32,000 nucleotides of DNA, taken from Vibrio vulnificus CMCP6 (lineage in GTDB: Bacteria; Pseudomonadota; Gammaproteobacteria; Enterobacterales; Vibrionaceae). Shown piece after piece: positions 11,788-23,283 of this stretch. A model generated the notes under the pieces. It did not search any database, was not told the origin of the DNA, and saw only the letters and a list, made by a program, of their open reading frames with translations. Numbering within the stretch: the stretch's first letter is position 1; every line of letters starts with the position of its first letter. The stretch is from positions 960,001 to 992,000 of the forward strand of contig NC_004459.3 in assembly GCF_000039765.1 (NCBI RefSeq). The letters run 5' to 3'. The position numbers and the translations under genes are program-made.

Positions 11788-13173
11788 TCACTTTACTTCA
11801 ATATATCCCATTAATCCGGTTTTCATATGTTCAATCACGTGGCAGTGATACATCCAGCGACCGGGGTTGTCCGCAACAAACGCCGCTTTGGCACTGCCAT
11901 TCTTACCTAGCAAAACAGTATCCGTATGAAACGGTTCTGCGAGCGTCTGGCCATTTAATTCCAATACGGTAAATGTGTGCCCATGCAAATGAATGGGGTG
12001 ATGGTATTGCGTCACGTTCTTAAGATTAAATATGTAGGTCCGCCCTCGTTCTAACGTCGCTAACGGTGCTGGAATTGAATCTTGGCTCATCCCCTCCCAA
12101 GCGCGTTTATTCACCAACCAAAACGTCGGCAGAGCTTGGCCAGATTTATCCATCGGAGTAACAGCACCTTCCCACTCGAAGACAAAATCAATTTGTTCAG
12201 CCGTATCTAAATCTAACGGCGCAATAGGGTTGAGCGGCAATGTTGGCAATATATTCTGGTTTAATAGGTCCGATTCAACCGATTCGAATGCACAAAGAGG
12301 AAACGGAAACTTCCCTTTCATTTGTCGCACATAGAAACGCTCTCCAACACCTGGAGCAATTAACCCGACATCAACCCTCATTCCAGGCCCAATCTTGTGT
12401 TCAGAGAGCTTATAAGGGGTTTTTATTGGGTTTCCATCTATTGCTATAACCCATGCGTCCACACCTTCAATAGCGATAGGATAAGTGATGGTATTGTCCA
12501 CATTTGCGATTCTCAGCCTCGTCATCGCATTCGCTTTCAACGGATAGATGGGCTCATGGACGCCATTCACAGTTCCCCACTCACCAGGAGTTCCCATGCG
12601 GGCACTTAAGCGTGGGACCAATAACGATTTCCACTCACCTTTCTCATTGAGATGCCAATGCTTAAGCATTAGAGCATGGTCTTCATCAAAAGAAACTGGC
12701 TCTGCTTCATCAACAATGATTAACCCAACTAGCCCCATACCTAGCTGCTTGACACTGTTCATATGCGGGTGATACCAAAATGTCCCTGCGTCAGGTGGAG
12801 TAAAGCGATAGGTAAAGCTCTCCCCTGGCATAACGGGTTTTTGACTCAAAAAGGGAACACCATCCATCTCAATAGGTACACGCAAACCATGCCAATGGAT
12901 TGTCGTTGGCTCGTTGAGTTTGTTGGTGAAGTGAATGATCACTTCTTCTCCTTGTCGACAACGAATCGTAGGGGCAGGGATAGCACCATTAAAGGCGAGC
13001 ACATCCGTAGCAAAACCAGGCACCACCTCAGCAGTAGCCGGTTCTGCAGTCATCTCATAGACAAACCGCCCATGATGAAGCGATGTTCTACGCGAAAGTG
13101 AACACGCAGGGAGAAGCGTTAATGCGGAAAACGCCAATGAAGTTTGAAGAAAGTGGCGGCGAGAAATATCCAT
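11788..13173 (-). CDS. multicopper oxidase with Tat-type signal
   Basis: N-terminus MDISRRHFLQTSLAFSALTLLPAC. Copper motifs TIHWHGLR, GTFWYHPHMNS, HPIHLHGHTF and WMYHCHVIEHMKTGLM. Confidence 0.92.
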   Translation of the reverse strand: MDISRRHFLQTSLAFSALTLLPACSLSRRTSLHHGRFVYEMTAEPATAEVVPGFATDVLAFNGAIPAPTIRCRQGEEVIIHFTNKLNEPTTIHWHGLRVPIEMDGVPFLSQKPVMPGESFTYRFTPPDAGTFWYHPHMNSVKQLGMGLVGLIIVDEAEPVSFDEDHALMLKHWHLNEKGEWKSLLVPRLSARMGTPGEWGTVNGVHEPIYPLKANAMTRLRIANVDNTITYPIAIEGVDAWVIAIDGNPIKTPYKLSEHKIGPGMRVDVGLIAPGVGERFYVRQMKGKFPFPLCAFESVESDLLNQNILPTLPLNPIAPLDLDTAEQIDFVFEWEGAVTPMDKSGQALPTFWLVNKRAWEGMSQDSIPAPLATLERGRTYIFNLKNVTQYHHPIHLHGHTFTVLELNGQTLAEPFHTDTVLLGKNGSAKAAFVADNPGRWMYHCHVIEHMKTGLMGYIEVK

Positions 13174-13428
13174 ATGTGGCCTACTGATTTGATTTATTGC
13201 CTAAGTGTAACTAAATATTAATAATCATTCTCAACAATCTATCAAAGTAATGCTAAAGACTAGTTGATATGCTGACAGATGAGTCAAAACGCAAATGTAT
13301 TAGATTACAGCCTAGATTTAACGCAGTTGAGAGAGGGTTAAGGCTGTCTAGTTCAAGATGCAACCAAATGGAATCTGGATGGTTAGCCTCAGTAGCTAAG
13401 AGATAAGTTGTATAAGTACAAACAAAAG

Positions 13429-13452
13429 ACCCCAGCATCTCTGCTGAGGCCT
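13429..13452 (-). terminator. distal terminator-like hairpin downstream of the rrn operon
   Basis: The minus strand reads GGCCTCAGCA-GAGA-TGCTGGGGTC followed by TTTTGTTTG. Confidence 0.65.
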
Positions 13453-13507
13453 AGAATAAGTACTAAAATAAGCGGGACATATTCCCCTTAAAAAATTCAC
13501 TACGCTT

Positions 13508-13548
13508 AAAACGACAAAACCCAGTCTGAAGACTGGGTTTCTAAATAA
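13508..13548 (-). repeat. rrn terminator module, copy A (direct repeat of 14613..14653)
   Basis: AAAACGACAAAACCCAGTCTGAAGACTGGGTTTCTAAATAA differs from copy B at one of 41 positions. The minus-strand transcript forms AAACCCAGTC-UUCA-GACUGGGUUUU. Confidence 0.85.
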
Positions 13549-13575
13549 TACCAACCTAACTAAAAATCTATTCAA

Positions 13576-13992
13576 ATGAAGATGCGATTGCTCGCATTGG
13601 CCCATTTTAAAGATGGTCACTCTCGAACCCAACTTGCTAAGTTCCTTAAGGTAAGCAGAACCAGTGTGAATAAATGGGTACAAACCTTCCTTGAAGAAGG
13701 GCTTGAAGGACTGCAAGAGAAACCAAGAACGGGTCGCCCTGCATTTCTTAACGCGGAGCAGCGAGAACAATTAAGTCAGTATATAAAAGCTCGAGCGATG
13801 GATTCGTCTGGCGGTCGATTAACTGGTAACGATATTCATGCTTATATCGTTAATGAATTTGGCAAACACTACCACCCAGATTCGATCTACTACTTGCTCA
13901 ACCATATGGGCTTTTCTTGGATAACTTCACGCTCCAAGCGCCCTCGTCAATCCCAGCAAATCCAAGACGATTTAAAAAAAATTCAAAATTGA
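13576..13992 (+). CDS. IS630-family transposase ORFA (helix-turn-helix domain)
   Basis: MKMRLLALAHFKDGHSRTQLAKFLKVSRTSVNKWVQTFLEEGLEGLQEKPRTGRP, an IS630-type HTH; ends just after an A8 run. Confidence 0.88.
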   Translation: MKMRLLALAHFKDGHSRTQLAKFLKVSRTSVNKWVQTFLEEGLEGLQEKPRTGRPAFLNAEQREQLSQYIKARAMDSSGGRLTGNDIHAYIVNEFGKHYHPDSIYYLLNHMGFSWITSRSKRPRQSQQIQDDLKKIQN

Positions 13993-14017
13993 AACGATCC
14001 TTAAGATCCCCGGTCAC

Positions 14018-14551
14018 ATGGGGCTTGATAACGTCGATGTCTGGTTTCAAGATGAAGCAAGATTTGGCCAGCAAAACACGACAACTCGACTTTGGGCTGA
14101 GCGTGGCTCAAGACCAAGAGTGGTAAAACAGCAGCAGTTTGAATATGCGTATTTGTTTGGCTCAGTATGCCCCGCTAGAGGTATTGGTGAGGCAATGGTC
14201 GTTCCTTGGGTTCACAAGAACATTATGGTTGAGCATTTGAAGCAGCTCTCCGCGGTGACCGAAAAAGGTCGTCACGCAGTGGTCATTATGGATGGCGCGG
14301 GTTGGCATACAAATGACATTGCTGAGCCATTTGACAATGTCAGTATCATCAAGCTCCCACCATATTCACCGGAGCTAAACCCGATAGAACAAGTGTGGAG
14401 TTGGTTAAGACAACACTCTCTCGCCAATCAATCTTTTGCGGATTACGAAGACATTGTCTCCAAAGTATGTAGGGCTTGGAATAGTTTTTTGGAATGTTCG
14501 GCCAGAGTCAGACAGATGTGCTCGAGAAGCTGGATAGACCTGAACAGTTAA
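14018..14551 (+). CDS. IS630-family transposase ORFB (DDE_3 catalytic domain)
   Basis: WFQDEARFG, VVIMDGAGWHT and PPYSPELNPIEQVWSWLR give an intact DDE triad. The frame opens upstream at 13976, so it is probably expressed as a fusion. Confidence 0.88.
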   Translation: MGLDNVDVWFQDEARFGQQNTTTRLWAERGSRPRVVKQQQFEYAYLFGSVCPARGIGEAMVVPWVHKNIMVEHLKQLSAVTEKGRHAVVIMDGAGWHTNDIAEPFDNVSIIKLPPYSPELNPIEQVWSWLRQHSLANQSFADYEDIVSKVCRAWNSFLECSARVRQMCSRSWIDLNS

Positions 14552-14612
14552 TTTTCCAGATTGGTATGACATGAGCAAGATGCATTCCTTTCCAAGGAAA
14601 TTCATCACACTG

Positions 14613-14653
14613 AAAACGACAAAACCCAGTCCGAAGACTGGGTTTCTAAATAA
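14613..14653 (-). terminator. rrn operon terminator, copy B
   Basis: Minus strand AAACCCAGTC-TTCG-GACTGGGTTTTGTCGTTTT directly after tRNA-Asp; UUCG tetraloop hairpin. Confidence 0.9.
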
Positions 14654-14654
14654 G

Positions 14655-14731
14655 TGGCGGAGCGGACGGGACTCGAACCCGCGACCCCCGGCGTGACAGG
14701 CCGGTATTCTAACCAACTGAACTACCGCTCC
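14655..14731 (-). tRNA. tRNA-Asp (GTC)
   Basis: GGAGCGGTAGTTCAGTTGGTTAGAATACCGGCCTGTCACGCCGGGGGTCGCGGGTTCGAGTCCCGTCCGCTCCGCCA; 77 nt with encoded CCA. Confidence 0.98.
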
Positions 14732-14760
14732 GCACTGGTTAGACCTAAAGTCTAAATTAA

Positions 14761-14880
14761 AAGCCTGGCGATGTTCTACTCTCACATGGGGAAACCCCAC
14801 ACTACCATCGACGCTATTTCGTTTCACTTCTGAGTTCGGAATGGATTCAGGTGGGTCCAAAACGCTATGGTCGCCAAGCA
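14761..14880 (-). rRNA. 5S rRNA
   Basis: TGCTTGGCGACCATAGCGTTTTGGACCCACCTG...CCCATGTGAGAGTAGAACATCGCCAGGCTT. Confidence 0.97.
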
Positions 14881-15003
14881 AATTCTGTTTTTGTCTTCAC
14901 TTTTTCTAAAAAAGTGAAAGCAAAAAATCTGGAAAGCTGTTTATGTTCTCTACACATTCAATGTTCTTACATCGAGTCCATCAAAACCCTTTGGGTGTTG
15001 TAT

Positions 15004-17889
<2,886 letters not shown>

Positions 17890-18104
17890 ATACAACCCCA
17901 AAGGGTCTTTGTTAAACAACCAAAGTTGCTATCTCATTATTTGAATGAGCGAGATAGCGTTGATTTTGCCGGACTCAATTTCGAATAGTCACTAAAAGTG
18001 ACCTTCCCAAGAACACTTGAATGTGTTTGTTGGTGTTTGTCTTAAAGACAAACATTGAGAACTTTACAAACAACAATAAATTGTTGTTTTGTCAGCTTTC
18101 CAAA

Positions 18105-18116
18105 TTGTTAAAGAGC
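18105..18116 (-). promoter_or_regulatory. boxA antitermination site in the 16S-23S spacer
   Basis: Minus strand GCTCTTTAACAA between tRNA-Ala and 23S. Confidence 0.85.
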
Positions 18117-18169
18117 AAGATTTCTTTCGAAACCATTTTTAAAGATTCTTAAGGAAAAACCCTTAAAGA

Positions 18170-18245
18170 TGGTGGAGCTAAGCAGGATCGAACTGCTGAC
18201 CTCCTGCGTGCAAGGCAGGCGCTCTCCCAGCTGAGCTATAGCCCC
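18170..18245 (-). tRNA. tRNA-Ala (TGC)
   Basis: GGGGCTATAGCTCAGCTGGGAGAGCGCCTGCCTTGCACGCAGGAGGTCAGCAGTTCGATCCTGCTTAGCTCCACCA. Confidence 0.98.
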
Positions 18246-18255
18246 ATCGTTTGAG

Positions 18256-18332
18256 TGGTGGGTCTGAGTGGACTCGAACCACCGACCTTACGCTTATCAG
18301 GCGTACGCTCTAACCACCTGAGCTACAGACCC
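18256..18332 (-). tRNA. tRNA-Ile (GAT)
   Basis: GGGTCTGTAGCTCAGGTGGTTAGAGCGTACGCCTGATAAGCGTAAGGTCGGTGGTTCGAGTCCACTCAGACCCACCA. Confidence 0.98.
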
Positions 18333-18394
18333 ACTAGATGCTCTAATCTAAACCGTATCAATCTGTGTGAACACTCATCGCAATAATCATCGTA

Positions 18395-19935
<1,541 letters not shown>

Positions 19936-20083
19936 TAAAAGTTTTTTGAAGCTTTCGCTTCGGCTCAATGAATACTGAATAAATTGACTGTGCCGATACT
20001 TAGTATCGTTTTGGTCACTCAGTTCATTGATAAATCTTTTGGATTATCATCAACGAGTGCCCACACAGATTGATAGGTTTATA

Positions 20084-20095
20084 TTGTTAAAGAGC
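20084..20095 (-). promoter_or_regulatory. boxA antitermination site in the rrn leader
   Basis: Minus strand GCTCTTTAACAA, identical to the spacer copy. Confidence 0.85.
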
Positions 20096-20136
20096 TTTCT
20101 TCTTTTGTGAATCGCATCACTTCGGAAGAGGCGGCT

Positions 20137-20164
20137 ATTTTAGCGAGTTAAGTTTTAGTGTCAA
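20137..20164 (-). promoter_or_regulatory. rrn promoter P2
   Basis: Minus strand TTGACA-16 nt-TAAAAT, with A-tract UP-like sequence upstream (GAAAAAAGTTTTGAAAAAAGTGG). Confidence 0.85.
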
Positions 20165-20264
20165 CCACTTTTTTCAAAACTTTTTTCAGGTGATTCACCT
20201 GGCTAAATGCCTTGACTGATAGACTCTGGTTTCTTTCGAAGCCTTGCCGTGTCAGCGAGGGGGC

Positions 20265-20292
20265 ATTATAGAGATCGGCGTCACGTTGGCAA
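20265..20292 (-). promoter_or_regulatory. rrn promoter P1
   Basis: Minus strand TTGCCA-16 nt-TATAAT followed by the GC-rich discriminator GCCCCCTC. Upstream A tracts (AAAAAAAAACGTGAAAAAGGG) resemble an UP element. Confidence 0.85.
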
Positions 20293-20372
20293 GCCCTTTT
20301 TCACGTTTTTTTTTGATTTTTCTATCGTTCGTTTAAAAAAGAGTCAAAACAAGCAAAAAGTGCAGGTTATTT

Positions 20373-20903
20373 CTACAAACAAGCAAACTTCTCAGAGAAT
20401 TGGCGTACTTTCTTCCAGTTGGTGTACTCCACTTCTTTACTGGTGTCCGTCTCTCCGCCAGTTAATGTCATGATGAGTTTGATCATATTTCTATCAAACC
20501 AGTTATATCTGGGATAATAGAGCGCGCCAGCGAAAACACCGATTAGGTTAGGCTGCCAAGGAGACTTTTTAAGAAATGTTCGAATATAAGCGCTTCCCTC
20601 TGGCGTATCTTTCCCTTGCTCTTCTTTTCTTGCGGTTAGGTTGACGCAAAAGAACGCCACTTTATGTTCATTCAACTGAGTTAGGTTATGCTGGATAAAT
20701 TGATAGAGCTTTTGATTCAAATGACCATAGCGAATCGACGCGCCAATCAGCACTTTGTCATAAACAGAAAAATCCACCGTATCGATGTCATGTAGATTCT
20801 TCACATCACATTGATAGCTCGGTAACTGTTCTTCTATATATTGAAGGATTTTCTTGGTCTGCCCCTCACGGGAAGAATAAAGAAATAGGGCTTTCACTAT
20901 CAT
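20373..20903 (-). CDS. hemG: menaquinone-dependent protoporphyrinogen IX dehydrogenase HemG
   Basis: Flavodoxin fold (ALFLYSSREGQTKKILQYIEEQL), 176 aa, adjacent to trkH and rrs as in other gammaproteobacteria. Confidence 0.93.
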   Translation of the reverse strand: MIVKALFLYSSREGQTKKILQYIEEQLPSYQCDVKNLHDIDTVDFSVYDKVLIGASIRYGHLNQKLYQFIQHNLTQLNEHKVAFFCVNLTARKEEQGKDTPEGSAYIRTFLKKSPWQPNLIGVFAGALYYPRYNWFDRNMIKLIMTLTGGETDTSKEVEYTNWKKVRQFSEKFACL

Positions 20904-20909
20904 TTCTCC

Positions 20910-22367
20910 TTAACTGCGCCAAAACGTAGGGGTTAGCAATATAAGTAAGGTAAAGATTTCTAAACGACCAAAGAGCATAGACACCACCAAAACCCATTTG
21001 GCTTTATCGTTCACATCCGCAAAATGCACTGCAACTTCCCCCAAGCCTGGGCCTAGGTTGTTTAGCGTCGCTGCGACGGCTGAAAAAGCGGTAAGTTCGT
21101 CCATTCCTGTCGCAATAAGTGCGAGCATACAAACGACGAACACCAATGCATAAGCGGAGAAGAATCCCCACACCGCATCCACCACACGTTGCGACAGAGC
21201 ATTGCCACCCACTTTGATGGTGTAGACCGCTCTAGGGTGAACTAAACGCTTAAGTTCACGCGCACCTTGCAACGTGAGCAATAAAATCCGAATAACTTTC
21301 ATACCACCACCGGTTGAGCCTGCACATCCGCCAATAAAAGAGGAGAACAGCAGTAACACGGGTAGAAATAGTGGCCAATCTGAAAATCCCGTGGTGGTGA
21401 AACCCGCAGTCGTTGAGATGGAGACTGTTTGGAACAACGCTTGGTCGAAGGCATCGTAAATGGAGTCGTAAGAATGGTGTGCCAACAATAATAAAAAGCA
21501 AATGACAAACAGCAGTGCTTGAATAAAGATAAACGCTCTAAACTCTGGGTCTTTCCAATAATATTTTGGATGAACACCGCCAGAGGCAAAGGCGGCAAAG
21601 TGAAGTGAGTAGTTACATGCCGAGATCAGCAGGAAGATAACCGTGATTAAGTTAATCGCATAGCTATCGAAATACCCCATACTGGCGTCGTGGGTAGAAA
21701 AGCCACCAATCGCGATGGTCGAGAAACTATGGCTAATCGCATCAAACGGCGTCATTCCCGCCAACCAGAAAGCTCCCGCACAAGCGATAGTCAGGCTCAA
21801 ATAGATATACCACAGCGCTTTAGCCGTTTCTGCAATACGCGGGGTCATTTTACTGTCTTTGACTGGACCAGGAATTTCAGCACGATACAACTGCATGCCA
21901 CCGATGCCGAGAACCGGCAAAATCGCGACCGCCAGCACGATGATCCCCATACCGCCAAACCATTGCAGTATCTGGCGATAGAACAAAATCGCTTTGGGCA
22001 GTTCATCTAAACCGACGATAACCGTCGCACCCGTGGTGGTCAGCGCGGAGAAGGATTCGAAAAACGCATCGGTGATCGAAATACTGGGGTTATCAGCGAT
22101 CAGGAAGGGCAACGCACCAGCACTGCCGAGTACGGTCCAAAACAGCACCACAATTAAAAAGCCATCGCGCGCTTTGAGTTCGTGTTTATGCCTACGGTTT
22201 GGAAACCAACACACGGTGCCGCAAAACAGCAGCACAAAAAAGGTCGTAACAAAAGGAACACCCGCACCATCGCGATAAATAAGCGCCACCAACGCGGGCG
22301 CAAGCATAGTGACACTGAAGAGTGCGAGCAACAGCCCGACAATACGGATAATTGAACGAAATTGCAT
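20910..22367 (-). CDS. trkH: Trk-type potassium uptake membrane protein TrkH
   Basis: Selectivity-filter-like repeats (SALTTTGATVI, SISTTAGFTTTGF, GGCAGSTGGGMKVIRI). The ORF track start is 22382; MQFRSII at 22367 is preferred. Confidence 0.95.
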   Translation of the reverse strand: MQFRSIIRIVGLLLALFSVTMLAPALVALIYRDGAGVPFVTTFFVLLFCGTVCWFPNRRHKHELKARDGFLIVVLFWTVLGSAGALPFLIADNPSISITDAFFESFSALTTTGATVIVGLDELPKAILFYRQILQWFGGMGIIVLAVAILPVLGIGGMQLYRAEIPGPVKDSKMTPRIAETAKALWYIYLSLTIACAGAFWLAGMTPFDAISHSFSTIAIGGFSTHDASMGYFDSYAINLITVIFLLISACNYSLHFAAFASGGVHPKYYWKDPEFRAFIFIQALLFVICFLLLLAHHSYDSIYDAFDQALFQTVSISTTAGFTTTGFSDWPLFLPVLLLFSSFIGGCAGSTGGGMKVIRILLLTLQGARELKRLVHPRAVYTIKVGGNALSQRVVDAVWGFFSAYALVFVVCMLALIATGMDELTAFSAVAATLNNLGPGLGEVAVHFADVNDKAKWVLVVSMLFGRLEIFTLLILLTPTFWRS

Positions 22368-22412
22368 GGGTGATTGAATCAATAAAGTCGACAGACTTCC
22401 TAGTTGTTATTG

Positions 22413-23036
22413 TTATTTCCCGATATAAGGCGTCACGAGCGCTTTTGCACTGCTTTTGTTGATCATGGTTTGAGTAAACATCTCCACGTTTCTCACTTCC
22501 AGTTCAACCACCAGCACGACGCTCTCACTGTATTGAGCGTCAACCTCAACAGCGTTGAATTGCTGCATTATAGATTGCGCAATTGGTACGAACGCATAGT
22601 CTAACTCCAGTCTGAGTTTTGTGGTTATTTTTTTCTCAATTGTTTGAAGCAGCTTGAGCGCCTGCTGCACGCCACCGCCATACGCTTTCACCAATCCACC
22701 GGTGCCAAGGCGAATACCACCATAATATCGTGTTACGACTGCGGTGATCTCACCAACACCCGACCCAGAGAGCTGCGCCAAAATCGGCTTTCCAGCTGTA
22801 CCAGATGGCTCGCCATCATCACTAAAACCCCACTTCATTGAATCCTCTGGTCGCCCAGCAACAAACGCCCAACAGTTATGACGCGCATCGGCATGTTGCG
22901 TTTTAATCCTCTCTACAAAAGCTTTTGCCGCCTCTATCGTCGGGGTATGAGCAAGATAAGTAATAAAGAGACTCTTTTTGATTTCTTCTTCAAATTGAAC
23001 CGCTTGGGCTGGGATGAGGTATGGATTTTCGTTCAT
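22413..23036 (-). CDS. yigZ: YigZ/IMPACT family protein
   Basis: EDSMKWGFSDDGEPSGTAGKPIL and VTRYYGGIRLGTGGLVKAYG signatures; 207 aa. Confidence 0.93.
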   Translation of the reverse strand: MNENPYLIPAQAVQFEEEIKKSLFITYLAHTPTIEAAKAFVERIKTQHADARHNCWAFVAGRPEDSMKWGFSDDGEPSGTAGKPILAQLSGSGVGEITAVVTRYYGGIRLGTGGLVKAYGGGVQQALKLLQTIEKKITTKLRLELDYAFVPIAQSIMQQFNAVEVDAQYSESVVLVVELEVRNVEMFTQTMINKSSAKALVTPYIGK

Positions 23037-23174
23037 GACATTCGCACTATCAACAAGAACGGCAAGTGTAGCATGCCCCTATTCAGAGTGCATAAGATCT
23101 GCTTTAACGCACAATGTTAAACACTTGTTTAAAAAATGTATTGAAATTAGACAATCCGAGGTCCACACTAAGCA

Positions 23175-23191
23175 AACTGGTCTAACCAGAA
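23175..23191. promoter_or_regulatory. FadR-like operator upstream of fadBA
   Basis: AACTGGTCTAACCAGAA closely matches the E. coli FadR palindrome AACTGGTCNGACCAGTT, about 95 bp upstream of fadB. Confidence 0.8.
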
Positions 23192-23283
23192 TATAAATAC
23201 AACACTTTCCACTATACCTACATCGGCGAATGTGCGCCTTAGGTATACAGACAATCCAAGATTGTATGTCATGGAGATAGACA

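Larger units (their letters stand above)
13551..14564 (+). mobile_element. IS630-family insertion sequence (about 1014 bp)
   Basis: ORFA/ORFB transposase between short terminal inverted repeats (CCAACCT.../...AGATTGG; 6 of 7 match) with a TA on both sides (13549-13550, 14565-14566), consistent with IS630/Tc1 TA target duplication. Confidence 0.85.

Noticed and set aside
14405-14881. 158-aa minus-strand ORF across tRNA-Asp and 5S, sharing FRNPVF(G/R)LGFVV(F/L)SV with the 13396..13770 ORF
   Set aside because: The shared peptide is the translation of the duplicated rrn terminator hairpin. The ORFs span tRNA, 5S and antisense transposase sequence, so they are not real protein repeats.
18061-18170. 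Inverted repeats in the 16S-23S spacer (ACAACAATAAATTGTTGT; CTTAAGG/CCCTTAAAG) considered as a small mobile or novel element
   Set aside because: They are located in the rrn spacer next to boxA and tRNA-Ala, so rRNA processing or leader structure is the simpler explanation.
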